From positions 391,462-455,461 of the forward strand of contig CAVONI010000001.1 of NCBI GenBank assembly GCA_963697285.1: a DNA stretch of 64,000 nucleotides, written 5' to 3'. Below the pieces are notes generated by a model. That model did not search any database and was not told where the DNA came from. It saw nothing but the letters and a program-made list of their open reading frames with translations. Source of the stretch: an uncultured Acidobacteriota bacterium (GTDB lineage: Bacteria; Acidobacteriota; Vicinamibacteria; Vicinamibacterales; JAFNAJ01). A program made the position numbers and the translations under genes. Below, piece after piece: positions 22,401 through 36,200 of the stretch (positions within the stretch are counted from its first letter, which is position 1; each line of letters begins with the position of its first letter).

Positions 22401-25400
22401 CGAGGCCAGCGCGTTGCCTGGCGAGACCGTGACGTTCACGGCGACCGCCACCGACAACGTCGCCGTTGCCGGCATCGACTTCACGGCAGGGGGCCTTGCC
22501 GGCATCCCCGGTGCGAGTGACTCGACCGCGCCCTACCAGTTCGCCGTCACGATTCCACCGGTGGCCTCGCCCGGCCAGGCAGTCACCGTCACCGCGGTCG
22601 CGCGCGACGCCGCCGGCAACACGGCGTCGGCCTCGGCGTCGGTGGCCGTGTCGGTGCAGCCTGACAGCGAGCCACCGCTGGTCACGCTCTCGGCGCCCTC
22701 GCAGACATCGCCAGGTGCAACGCTGCGCACAGCGGCACAGGTGGTCGATGCCGTGGGCGTCGCTCGCGTCGTCTTCCTGCTCGGCTCGACCGAGGTCGGC
22801 AGCGACACCGAGGCTCCGTACGAAATGACGATGCCGGTGGCGCCAGACGCGGTGGTCGGCAGCACGCTCGTGGTGACGGCGCGCGCCTTCGACGCGGCTG
22901 GCAACATGGGCGATGCCGTTGCCACGATCTCGGTCGCCGGAACGGCAGACACCGTCGCGCCCGTCGTGACGCTCGACGCCCCGGCGGATGTGCCGGCCGG
23001 GACCGTACTCGACGTGTCGGCGACCGTCACGGATGCTGGTGGCGTGGCGCGCGTCGCGTTCGCGTTCGACGGTGCCGCCACCGCCGCGCAGACCAACGCG
23101 CCGTTCCAGGCGAGCCAGGTCGTAGCCGACGGCGTGCCCGACGGAACCGTGATCACCGTCACGGCCGAGGCGCGCGACTTCGCCGACAACGTCACGACGG
23201 CCAGCAAGGCCGTGCGCGTGTCGGCACCGCCGGTGTCGTTGCGCGGCATCGTCACCGGCGAGGTGTACGACGATGCGACTGGCCTGCCACTGGCAGGAGC
23301 GTCGGTGTCGCTCGACGGCGCCGACAGCACGAATCGCCGCTACGCGCAGGCGACGACCACCGACGCGCGCGGACGGTACCTGCTGCGCGCAACCGCGGGA
23401 TCGGCGGTGCTGCACGTCGCACGCATCGGCTACACGCGCGTCGACCGCGCGGTCACGATCGCCGGCGGGGTGGCCACCGAGGCGTTCGACGCGCGCCTCA
23501 CGCCGTTCCCCGGCGCCGCGGCCCCCGTCTCGCCCACTCTCGGCGCCACGCTGACGTCGGCAGGCGTCACGCTGGCGTTCGCGCCAGGCACGCTGGCCAC
23601 GGCGACCGCCTTCGAGTTCGCCGCGGTGTCGGCCCAGGGGCTGCGTGCGCCGCTGCCAGCGGGATGGTCACCCGTGGTCGCAGTCGACCTCGCGCCTGCG
23701 GGCATCGTGTTCGCGGGAACCGCGACGGCGCGCGCGGCCAATACTGCTGGCCTCACGCCGGGCACGCCGCTGGTGCTGGCGCAATTCGACGCGACGGCCA
23801 GGAGGTGGATGGTCGTGTCGGTCGAGCCACTCGGCGGCGACGGGTCGCTGTTGGATGCAGCGCTGCCATCCTCTGGACAGTTCGCCCTGCTCGTTGGTGA
23901 TGCCCAGCCCGTGGCGCCGCCGTCCCCGGTGGTCGGCCAGGCGCTGGAAGGCGTGGCCGCTCCGGTGCTGCCCGCGGCGTTGGCGTCGATGATCGTTCCG
24001 CAGCCGCGGGTGCTGTTCTATGCGCCAGGCGTGCACTCGCTCGTGACCGGGCGCACCGAGGCGGCCACGCGGCTCAGCAGCGGCGCGCGCGTGATCGCGC
24101 GGATCACCGAGCGCTACGACTTCTTCGACGGCGGCGCCGTGACGCCCGAGCCGTTCGAGCAGGATCTCGTCTTCTACCAGGTGGGCGCGCCCGGACTCGC
24201 TGCCACGCACGTGGTGGGCCCGTCGCGGGTGTTCGACGCCATCACGCTGCGCGAGGGCGTGATCACGGTGGCGATGTTCGCACCTGCGACGTCGCCGGTG
24301 GCGACGCCCCTCGTCTCGGCCGGTGGCACGCGCCTCGAGACACCGACCGGCGAGGCCCTCATCGTGCCCGCCGGCGCGGTGACCGATGCCACGCCGGTCA
24401 CGCTTGGTGCCATCCCCGCGAGCGATCCCGGCATCGCGGTGCCCGACGGCGTCACGGTCATTGGTGGCGTGTCGGTCGATGCCCCCGAGCCGTTCCTCAA
24501 GGGCGCCGTCCTGTCGATGGCCGCGGCTCTCGCGAGCGCGGCGGATGTCGTCCTCGTGCGAGCGACTGACATCGAGGGGCAGACGCGCCTCGAGCTGGTC
24601 GCCGCCGCCCGCCTCGAGAGCGGGCGCCTCGTCTCTGACACGACGGTTGGTGCGCAAGCGACCGCGATGTCAAACGTGTTGCAGCCGGGACGCTACTTCT
24701 TCGTGCAGGTGCCGGGCCCGATCGGATACGCGCAGGGTATCGTGACGGCGCCGGGCGGGTCGCTCGCCGGCGCGCTGGTCACGACCTCGTCGCTTCCCAT
24801 CGTGTCACGCTCGCGGCTCGGGGGCGTCTACGTCGCCGTGTCGAAATCCGGCGCGCAGGTGCTCGCGGCGCGCGATCTCGTGCGCAACGACACCGGCCTT
24901 GCGGCGACGACCATCGTGGCGGCCGCCGTCGTGCCCCTCGACATCACCCTCGTGGCGCAACCGCCACGCGTGACCTCGGTGTCGCCGGCAAACGATGCGG
25001 TGAACGTGCCGCTCGGATCCCCGGTCGTCGTGTCGTTCAGCGAGGAAGTCGATCCCGCCTCGGTGACCGCCAACGGCGGTGCGTTTGCCCTGTCAGGTCC
25101 CGACAACGTCGCGCTGGCCGGCTCGATTGCGTTCGCCAACGGCAACACCGTCGCGACGTTCCGTCCCGACGCGCCGCTGGCCTCGAACACGCGCTACACC
25201 TTCCGCGTCAGCACCGCGGTGCGCGACCTGTCGGGCAATGCGATGCCTGCGCCGGTGGTCATCGCCTTCGACAGCCTCGACACGTCGGCGCCGCCGCCAC
25301 CGCCGGCGGGCTCGATCTCGGCGACGATCCCCGGCGCCAACGGCCGCACGACGGTGAAGGCCACGCAGGGAACGGCGAGTCCTCGCGACACGGTGACGAT

Positions 25401-28400
25401 CGTCAACACGAAGACCGGCGCGATTACCCCGGTCCTTGTCGGCCCGAACGGCGGCTTCGAGGCGAGCGTCGCCGCTGGTCTGGCCGACAGGCTGCAGATC
25501 CGGATCGTGGATCGTGCCGGGAACGAGACGCTGGTCGAGGTCCCGGTCTTCTCGCAGCAGAACGCCGACGGATCGGTGTCGACGGCGGTGGATGCCGGAG
25601 GTGGCACCGTCGTCGGGCCATCGGGCCTGCAGGCCCGGGTGAAGGCCGGCACGTTCCCCGACGGCGCGGTGGTGACGCTGCGCGCGATTGGCGAGGCCGC
25701 GTTCCCGGTGCAGCTGTCTGACGTCGACAAGCTGAACTTCTCGTTCGAGCGCGGCTTCGAGATCGACTTCGGCGGCGCGACGCCTCAGAAGTACGTCGAC
25801 GTGTCGTTCGATCCGCGCGGCGGCGAGACGGCCGACGATCGCTGGATCGTGACGCAGGTGGTCGACGTCGAGGGCAGGCAGGAACTGGTGGCGGTCGATA
25901 CCGCCAAGTTCCGCGGGGGCCGCATCACCACCGCCTCGCTCCCGTGCCCGGGTGTGACCGCCCGCGGATTCTACGGCGTGATCAAGGCGCACCAGCCGGT
26001 CGGGGTCAACTACGGGACGCTCTATGCGTCGAACTACGGCGGCATGCGCGCCGAGGTGCGGTTCATCCCCGAGACCATCCTCGTGGGCGTGCCGCCGTTG
26101 CCCTACGTGCTCTACACGCCGCCGAGCCTTGGCGCCATGTGCTACCCGTCGCTCACGGGCCGCGCCACGGTGTCGCTGAACTCGACCGAGGTGACGGTCG
26201 CCAGCTCGCGCCTCGCCCCCAACGAGCGCGAGATCGTCGTGCGCGACCCGGTGACGCTGGTCGAGCGGCGAACGCCGGTTGACGTGGCCGTCGAGTACTC
26301 GGCGGTGATCGCCGGCACGCTGCGCGACACGTTCGAGGCCGAGGCGGTGCCGTTCTCGGGCGCGCCCGTCGTGCTGAGCACCTTGCGCGCGAGCACCGGC
26401 CAGGTGCCCGACACGATGCGCCTGTCGGTCGACATCGCGGGACTCGGCGAACCCATCAAGGAGATCGTGTTCCGCAATCGCACCCGCAGCCTCACCGAAA
26501 CCGTGACCGTGCCGGTCACGAACATCACGGCATTCGCACCTGGCGGCACGCTCGGCCCGCCCATCGTGATGGCGGTCAACGACGCCGGCGTCACGCGCGC
26601 GGTGTTCCACACGGTGTCACCGCCCGTGCTCGGCGCGGGAAACCTCGTCGCGCGCGTACTTCCAGGGACGATCGATCCCTCCGCGGCAGAGTGTCCCACC
26701 TGCGGCCGCCCGCGCGAGCGCGTCGAGATCGTCATCGAGCCGCCCGTCGTCCCCGACGTGCCCACGCCACCCAGCGTGACGCTTCCAGTGCCCGAGGCGG
26801 CGATTGTCGGGGGTGGCCTGACCTACGCGTTCATCGGCAGCCTCGAGAACACGTTCCTCATCCGCGTGCGCTACACCGACGGGACGATCGACGACATCCG
26901 CGTGCCGCGCGTGCAATTCACGCTGACGAACCCGCGTACCGGGCGCGCGATCCGGACGGTGGTGCTGCAGGCGCCGCCCCGCGACATCCCGAGTGACCTC
27001 GGCACGATCACCGACGACACGACCGCGCCGCGCCTGATCGAGGCGCCATCGTTCCTCGGGGCGTTCGATCCGGGCAGCGCCCTGACGTTCAGGTTCAGCA
27101 AGCCGATGAACACCGCGAGCCTGCAGGATGCCTTCCGCGTCTTCGACAGCAACGGCAACCGCGTGCTGGGGACGTTCAGCTTCACCGGCGGGAACACGGT
27201 GCTCACGTTCGTGCCGCTGTCGCCCCTGCGGATCGGGCAGACCTACAAGATCGAGATCGCCGGGCTGGATGCGTCCGGCAACGTGCCGGCCGGGGCGGCG
27301 GGCGTGGCACGCGACATCAGCGGGACCGTGCTCCGCGGGCTGACGCTCGAGTTGAAGACGTTCACGCCCAGGCTGGCGGGGCGGTTCGCGGCGCCGTACC
27401 AGTACAAGGACTTCGCGTTCGGCACCGCCACCAATCCAGCGGGGCAGACGGTGTCGCTGGTCTACGCGGCGACCGCCAGCCAGGTCTTCGACAAGTTCAC
27501 CGTCATCGACGCGACCAATCCCACGAACATGACCAGGCTGTCGTCGGTCACCGCGCCCGCACCGACGCGGCACAAGCTCGAAGTGCTCAAGGGCCTCGAC
27601 TTCGCCAAGCGCAAGAACGGGCGCTTCCAGGGTGATCTCGCGTTCACGACGACCACGAACCTGACGTTCACGTTCCTGAGCATCTACGACGTCACGAACC
27701 CGTTCGCGCCGTCGTTCCTGTCGAACAAGCTGCTCACGGCCAACCCCGACAACTCGAGCGACTACGCGCGCCAGGGGACGGTGCGTGCCAACGGCGCCGC
27801 TCGCGGCTTCACGCTCGTCGAGACGGCCGATGGGCCGGTGGCCTACGTCGCAGTCGAGTTCGTCGGGCTCTTCCAGACGTCGATCAGGGAGCAGATCCCC
27901 GAACGCGAAGCGTTCCCGCTCGACCCGCGCGACAAGGTCATCGCCGAGCCCTACACGACCGGCAACTTCTCTGACGTCGCGCACCGCGACAACCGGTTGT
28001 TCGCGTTGAATCGCGATACGAAGTCGCTCGAGGTGTTCGACCTGAGCCTCGCGCCGATCACCTCGTTGTCGCTCAACGGCGAGGACCCCAGGCGGATCAA
28101 GATCGTCGAGGGTCTCGCCATCGACCGCAACGGAGACGGGCTGGCCGACCCCGATGAGCAGTACACGGTGGCGCTCATCGCGACGCGCCGCGATGCCGTC
28201 GACGCGCTGGGGCAGGCGGCGTCGGGCAGCGTGCTGGTGATCGACATCTCGTCGCCCTCGTCGCCGACGCTGCTGACGCGCATCGAGACGAAGGGGATCC
28301 TGCGCGATCTCGACGTCGACGTGACGAAACGGCGCGTGTTCGCCGCCGGTGAGGCCGACGCCGCGGGCCCCGGCCGGCCGGTCGGTCAGCGCGCGGTCTA

Positions 28401-31400
28401 CATGCTCGACCTCTCGCGCCTCGGCATCGCCCGCGACGACGACGGCAACGGTGAAGATGATCGCGTGTTGTGGAAGCAGCCACTCGACGCCAACAGCGTG
28501 CGATTCGACACGAGCCGGGGCCTGCTCGCCGTCGGCAGGGACGCAGGCATGGACCTGTGGGCGGTCTACGACACGTGCTGCGACCTGGGCGTCGACACCA
28601 CGGCGGCGCCGACGCGCGAGATCACGGCCGACCGTGCGTCGCTGTTGCGCAAGGAGCGTGACGCGCTGCAGGTCGGCATCAAGCAGGGGTTGACGACCGC
28701 GACGACGACGTGTGGTGCGGTGGCGGTGACGATGCTCGAGCAGGGCAGCGGGGCGTGCCTGTGGAAGGCCGATCCGGCGAGCGCCTGCGGCGACAACTAC
28801 CAGCCGGGGATCAGCGATCACGACTTCGAGGTGATGTTCCCGGCGGGTGTGCCCGAGGCTACGCAGACCTGCGTGATCAAGTCGCTCACCGACGTCTTCC
28901 TCGACGCGCGCACCAACGATCCGCGGCCGGTGCCGTTGCCGGGCGGCGACGAGATCGTCTTCGACGAGGTGTCGTTCTTCCCCATCCTGCGCGAGGAGTT
29001 CGAGCAGGCGCGCCTCAACATCGACCCGCCGACGTCGGCGGGCGGCACCGACGTCACTGGCGACATCGGCCTCGGGCGGCAGCAGCTGCTGCTCAAGTGG
29101 CTGCTCGAGGGCGAATACGTCATCCTGCCCGGCAACGATCGGTCGCTCGTCGGCGCCGACCTCGAGCAGGTGCTGTCACGGCTGCGCGCCGAGACGAAGA
29201 TCCCGGCACTCGAGGGCTACGAGTGGGCGGCGCTCCAGCGCTACAAGATCTCGGACGGCGGCATGTTCCTGCGCGTCGCCGACGCGTCGCAGGCCTCGTC
29301 GGCGTTCCACAAGCGGTTCGTCAAGCAGGCGCACGACGCCGGCAAGGCCGGCATCCGTGCGGCGCTGGGCCGACTCGTCGCCGATCCGGATGCGGCCGCC
29401 CTCGTGCTCCGCTACACGCGGGCCCAGTACGGTTCCAGCGCCTGTCTCTCGATCGCGCCACGCCAGTACAACCCGATGCAGTGGCCGAGCCGGCCGTGCC
29501 AATCGTTCGAGGAGTTCATCGCGTCGATGGCGGCGCGCACGTTGCTCGAGCCCCTGCCCACGCCGATCTTCACGCCGCAGCAGGTGGTCGACGAGGTGCA
29601 TCGCTTCTACCGCATCAAGGCCGATGTCGAGACGCTCGCGACCGACGAGGACGGCGATCAGTTCATCGCGATGACGCACCGGGCCATCGAGCGGATGCGC
29701 CAGGAGACGTTGCCGGCCTGGCAGCAGGGGCTTCTCACCGATCCGCAGGCCGCGCAGCGACTGGCCAACGTGGCGGCCGCCGACAGCAAGTACGACGCCG
29801 GCCTGACGAAGGCGAAGCTGCACGCCGTCCCGCGGGTCTTCAACCGGGGCTTCCGCGCCGGCTACGACTTGCGGGTGGCGATGTACCACACGACCACGGC
29901 AGGCGTGGCGCAGCCCGCGGTCGAGACGACGGTGTCGCTCATCGGCGGCGAGGAGCGATTCCTCGACTACCGGCGCTCGGCGAACGGCGAGCTGGTGCTC
30001 ACGGCCGGGCAGGCGACGAAACTGTTCGACGTGAAGAACCTCGACCAGCGGCCGGCACAGGCCGGGCGACTGGGCAGGCTCGCGTTCGTCATCGACCTGC
30101 CCGACCGGACGATGAAAGAGGCCAACCGCGAGAACAACGTCGGCGGCGCCTTCTACTACGTGATCGATCCGGCGCATCCCGTGCGGCCCGCGGTGCCCGC
30201 GGTGATGCCGCTGCCGCCGGCCGTCGGGGCGCCCGACGTGCTCGATCCCGACGCCGAGTGCTACGACGCACCCGCGCTGAAGGTCACGCAGACGCTGCTG
30301 ATCGACGGCCAGCCGATCAATGCCAGCGACGTCACGATCGGCGTGGGCGAGGTGATCACGGTCAGGCTCGCGGTCGACAACATGTCGGGCGAGCCTGCGA
30401 CCGACGTCACGGTGTGCTCGTCGCTGCGGCCGCAGTGCTTCGAGATCCCGCTCATCGCGGTCGGCGGCACGTGGCGTACGGAGTTCAGCTATTCGGCCGA
30501 GGGTGGCCTCTATGCCGTCGAGGCGACGGCATCGGGCGGCACGGTCGGTGTGGTGAATGCCCCGGGCGCGACGCTGATGGTGAACTGCGACGCGTACACG
30601 GTCGTCCCGCTCGATCCCGATCCCAATCCTGACGCGGGTGCGTCCACGGTCATGCGCGGCGGAACGGCGAACCGCTGGCTGCGACTGATCTCGCGGCGCG
30701 GCGGGCCGGCGCGGGGCATCGACGTGTCGGTGGCGGTGTCGAGTGGTGGCGTGACCCGCGAGTTCAACGGCGTCACCGACGACAACGGCCTGGTGATCGT
30801 CAACGGCGGTCCGGGCATCGCGATTCCGTTCACCGCGGCCGATCCCGACGGCACGACGTTCGACATCTCGGTCACCGGCGCCAACGGGCGGCCGTTCACC
30901 TGCAGCGTGCCGTGGCAGACGTCGGTGACGGTCAAGGACTTCCAGTACAGCACCAGCTACTCGCGCGGCTTCGCGATCAGCGGAAGCATCGGCCTCATCG
31001 CGTCGGTCGAGGGCAGCGCCGAAGCAGGCTTCGAGGTCGAGCGCGGCTACACGCGCGACGTCAACGGCATCGAGCAGCCGACGTCGGTCAGCCTGACGCC
31101 GTCGGCGCAACTCGGCCTGAAGACCAGCGTCGAGGTTGGCGTCGGTCCCGAGTTCAAGTTGCCGCTGGGCATCACGGGCAGCTTGTCGGCAGGCTTCTCG
31201 GAGGCCGAGAAGCGCACCACGAGCAGTGCGGCGAAGTACGCGTTCACGTATCCGCTCGACGCCGACGAGCAGTGCAACATCCTGCGCGTGTCGCTGTCGC
31301 AGCTGGGCAACTCGGGGCCCTTCGTCGGCTGGCTCATCGACGCCGCGCGGCGCTTCATCACCGACAGCAACTGCAACCCGGCGTCGAAGTACCTTGCGTC

Positions 31401-33249
31401 GATGTCGACCGAGTTCTCGGCCGAGACATCCACGGCGGCGAACATCGGCCTGAAGGTCCAGCGCGCGTTCGGCAGCGCCATCACGGGCGACGAGCCCGGA
31501 GATCCCGACAAGTTCCGCAGCCTCCAGATCAACTTCGGCGCCGGCGGGTCGAACGGCTTCAGCTTCACCAACGGGAACGAGGTGGGCTTCGAATTCGACA
31601 CGGCCTCGAACGCGCTGAGGCCGAAGACGTTCACCGACTCCTACAGCATGCGCGGGGGCGTCGACTGGTCGCTGGGGTTCACGGCCGGCCTGGACGAGGT
31701 CGACCAGGACGGCTGGGATCAGATCGCCACGGTCGAGAAGAAGAAGAACGTGCAGGCTGAACTCGAGACCTTCAAGAAGGAAGTGAAGGGTGGCCTCAGC
31801 GGCACGACGGCGGAGTTGTTCAAGGTCGACGCCGAATACGACATCAGCAACGCGACGTCGCAGCTGCCGTCGTCGATCTCGTTCACGTTCGCCGGGCCCA
31901 AGGCATCGGGCTGGAAGGCCGAGGCGGGCGGCGTGGCGGTGCCGCTCACCGGGCCGCCCAGCGGGTCGCGCAGTTACACGCTCAGTCGCCGGGAAGACAT
32001 CGAGCGCGTCGTGACGCGGCTGGCGACGCTCGACGCCATCAACAAGAGCACGGTGATCCAGCTCGGGGCCTCGCAACAGCTGTTCTTCGAGCCGACGGTC
32101 CTGCAGCAGGAGTACGGCCGCTTCCTCGCGGCGCTGCAGCGTTCGGTGGCGTCGTACAGGAACTCCGAGAGCCTGTCGAAGGGCATCGAGTTCCCGATCG
32201 GCCTGACGATCAAGGGTCTCGTGGTCAAGGCCGGGTTGTCGGCGGGCGTCAAGGCCGACGCGAAGATCGGCTACACCAGGGAGAAGGGCGCAGTGGTCGA
32301 GGGCCGGTCGTACGCCCTCGAACAATACCCACGGGCGCTCTTCCCGGCGCAGCCCGAACTGAACCTGTGGGACTCCATCGAGACGCCGTGGCGGGCGCTG
32401 CTCGGGTCGTTCAGCGCCGAGATCAGCGACCAGGCGGCGCAGGTGACGCGCTCCGGCGGACTGGTGACGCTGCAGTCGACGAACACCGCCACCATCACGA
32501 TCAACGGGGCGACCGAACCGGCCGACTTCACCGCGACGCTGTTCTCGTGGAAGTACCGCTCGATCGACGAGCCGGTGCGCGACCTGCTGCAGCAACCCGG
32601 CGACGCCGCAGGCATCGCCGGGCTTCCGCACTACGGGATCGGTGGCTTCCACGCCCTCGGGCCCGATGAGCACGTGCTGGCGGTGCCGACGAACCTCACC
32701 ATCGACTGGCGTGACCCCGACATCGTCGGCCTCGACGAGCAGACATTCGCGATGTATCGCTGGAACGAACTGCGCCGCGACTGGGATTACGTTGGCGGAC
32801 TCCTGAACACGGCGAGCAACACCGTGACGGCGAGCATCCAGCGATTCGGCCTCTACACGCTTGGCGCACCGATGCCGGCTGGCACGATCAGCATGACGGT
32901 CACCGATCTCGGCCTCGCGGGCGACGGCCCGACGGCGGTCCAGCGCTTCCGCGTCACCAGCGCGCCGCTGGCGCTCAACACCGGCGCGCAGGTGCCGGAC
33001 GGCGCGGGCTTCACCGTCAGGCCCGTTGCCGGCCAGGGGACGAACCCGGCGCCGTATGGCACGGTGCTCACATCCGACGCCGACGCGCAGCGCGCGGGCA
33101 CGCAGGTGGCGGCGGCTGGCGGAGTGATCACCTTCGAGGTGGAGTTCCCGGCGCCGGGGCGTGTCTACGTGCCGGGCCGGGTGGTGGTCTACGGCGCACC
33201 AGGCACCGCGTTCGGCGAACGCGTGCTCGTGAAGGAGGTGCAGCAGTGA
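19469..33249 (+). CDS. Giant secreted protein B2 (~4,570 aa reconstructed): IPT/QH-AmDH-III-like domain, 8 PKD domains, Ig-like, carboxypeptidase-like, ZU5-like, Big_5, beta-propeller-like, helical and CARDB-like domains, and a C-terminal region shared with B1
   Basis: Joins ORF 19322-21253 (signal peptide MARLLIVAFTTLGGTASARA from 19469; alternative start 19391) to the coding part of ORF 19384-33249 from ~21225. The frame break is a 68-bp repeat remnant. PKD motifs YAWTFGDG, FAWSFGD and FSWAFGDG. The TGA overlaps the GTG of the next gene. Confidence 0.85.
20100..21537 (+). repeat. Intragenic tandem repeat: five near-identical 276-bp (92-aa PKD) units plus a 68-bp remnant between units 4 and 5
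   Basis: The anchor CGCGTTTCAC recurs at 20121, 20397, 20673 and 20949 (spacing 276), then at 21293 (spacing 344 = 276+68). Confidence 0.97.
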
Positions 33250-36200
33250 GCCCGCGCCTCGGAAGGTTCCTCGTCCTGGCCCTGCTGACAGGGGCGGCCA
33301 CGGCACACGCACAGCAGGCGCCGCGGTTCCTTGCGAAGGAAGACATCCGCCTCTACGGCATCGGGCTCAAGGTCGAACCGGCGACGCAGGTCGTGCCGCG
33401 CGACATCGCCACGATCGTGTCGGCGTTCCTGCAGGTGCCGGGCGCGCCGCCCAGCGAGGTCCCGGCCTTCGCGCCAGGCGCCGAGGTGGTCGCCACCCTT
33501 CGCGGACCGAGCCTGCCGCAACCAGTGGAACTGCGCACGACGCCGAACACGCCGTTCAACCTCCCGGCGTTCGGCGTGGCCGGCATCCACACGCTCGAGA
33601 ACATCCGGCTCGTCTCGGGCGGCGAGGTGCTGCTGCGCGGCACGCCCGAGATCGCGACGATCGAGGTCATCGACAAGCTCCTTGTCACGCAGGTGACGGC
33701 GCGGCCGCTGACCGCCGACGAGATCCGCGAGCGCGGGATCGTGTTCGACAGGAGCAACTTCCAGGCCTACAACTTCACCGCGGCGTTCGCCGTGCAGACC
33801 GGGCAGCAGATCCAGCTCAATTTCCCGGTGCTGTTGCCGACGCTCGACTCGACGCAGGACCGCACCAATCCGCTGGCGACGCTCGACGCCATCAACGTGA
33901 GCGCGCCGAGCCTGCGATCGCTGCAGACGATCATCCCCGACACGCTGAAGATCCAGGCGGCGATTCCCAACCTGCAGGTCGTCGGGTTCTCGCTCAAGGT
34001 CCCGCAACTCCAGGGGCAGAACCTCATCGTTCCGCCGATACCCGGCGTCGTCGTGATTCCCGGCGACATCGCATTCCTGAACCAGTACTTCAGCGTGCTG
34101 CTGATGGTGGGCAACGTGGCCCCGACGGGATCGAACCTCGTCGTCAGCGACCTGCGCGCGACCGTCGTGCTGCCGCCAGGCGACGACACCGTCGTCGGCA
34201 CCGGGGACGACCCGCTGCGGATGGCACAGCTCACCGCCGGGCCCGCGCCCACGGAGCAACCCGTGACGCAGTCGGGGCCCGACGGCAAGCTCGGGACGGC
34301 CGACGACCTCCTCACCCTCGGACCGGGGCAGAGCGGCAACGCGGAGTTCCTTGTCGAGGGACGCCGCGAGGGCAGCCACGTCATCGAGATGGCGCTCAGC
34401 GGCGTGCTGCACGGGCTGCCGGTAGGGCCGGTCAACATCACCGGTCGAGCGGCAGGCGCCGTGCTCGTGCGCAACCCGAAGTTCACGCTGACGTTCACGC
34501 ATCCCGAACTCGTCACGGCCGGCGAAGGCTACACACTCGACGTCACCGTCACGAACACGTCGGAGGCGCCGGCGAACTTCGTCAGCGTCAACCTCGCGGG
34601 GCGCAACATGTCTGGCGCGACGCTGGTGGGCGAGGCCAGCCAGTCGGTCGAGTCGATCGCCCCCGGCGACTCGGCGACCGTGTCGTTCGACCTCGTCGCG
34701 CAGGTCACCGGCAAGGTGACGGCGGCCACGCTCGCCGGCGACGAGAACCTCAGCGGCCGGTTCGAGTTCAAGACGGCTGTCGGCGAACTCGGTATCCCGC
34801 TCTCGCCCGACTCGCTGGTCCTGCCGACCGAGGCGAAGGCCCTGCCGAAATCGCTGCGCGACGCCGCCCTGGGACTGCTCGGCCGCGCCTACGCCGTCGC
34901 AACGGCGCCGGCGGCGGCGCTGCCGCCCGATGTCGCGCGCTTCTCGCGGCAGGTCGTGATCGACCGCGCCATCGACGTGGCCGAGGCGGGATTCCGCGTC
35001 ACCCTGCACGAGCCCATCGCCGACAACGCCGCCCAGTTGCTCTTCGACTTCGCCGGCAGCACCTACCTGCGCCTGCCCGAGCGCCTCACGACGCCTGAGG
35101 ACCTCGACTTCGCGCAGCGCAACACGCGAGGCTTCGACGAACTCCGCCGCCGATCACGCCGCGGTGACGTCCTCGCCGCGGTCGTCGGAGGCCTGCTCGC
35201 GCCGGGTCTCGCGGCGACGACCCCGGCAGCCTTCCACGCCGCGCTCGCATCGAAGACGTCGTTCAGGCCGGCGCAGATCTCGGTGCTGCTCACGGGCAAC
35301 GGCGGCCCGGCGCCCGTCACGCTGGCACTGCGCGATGCGTCGCAGCAGCGCACCGGGCTGGCGGATGCGAACGGGAAGTTCGCGAAGGAGATCCCGTTCT
35401 CTGACGTGGTGCCGATCGTCGATGCCGGCGGCCAGGAGATTGGCAGGCTGTTGCTTGTCACGGCACCGGATGGCGACTACGTCGTCGAGGTGCACCCGCT
35501 GTCGTCTGCGGCGCCCGCCAGCACCTACTCGATGAGCGTGGTGCTGCCCGCCGGTGACGACCGGATGCGCCAGGTGGTGTTCGAGGGTGTCGGCCTCGAC
35601 AAGGTGCCCACCGTCGCGCGCCTCGGTGGCGACCCGCACGGGCTGTCGTTCGAACTGATCGGGACCGCAGCGGCGACACCTGCCGATCCCACGAGTGCCG
35701 CGACCGTTGTCGACCCCGCGCCGACCGTCCTCGGTGTCGTCCAGCTTGGCACCACCGACGCCGTGACGATGTGTGCCGCCGAGCCGCCGATTTTCCCCGG
35801 CCGGATCGTCGGCGTCCTGTTCAGCGAGGAGGTCACTCCCGACGCCGTGCAGGACAAGGCGCTGCCCGAGGCCATCACCCGCTTCGCCGTGGGCGGCAAC
35901 CGCGTCGTCGGCGCGGCGCTGCAGCCGGGCCGGCGCATCCTGTTCCTTGCACTCGCAGAAGGCGTGGGGCCCTTCGTTCCCCGGACGCTGACGATCACCG
36001 ACGTCGCCGATCGGCGCAACCAGGCACTCGGCACCCAGGTGCTGCCGATCGAAGTCACGGTGTCGGGCATCGCCGGTGTCGTGACGGGCACGGTGATCGG
36101 CGCCGATGGCAAGCCGCTGGGATCGGCCGAAGTCCGCCTGCTCTACATGCGCCAGTGCGGCGAGAGCACGACGGTCGTCGGCATCACGAGCAAGAGCGCC

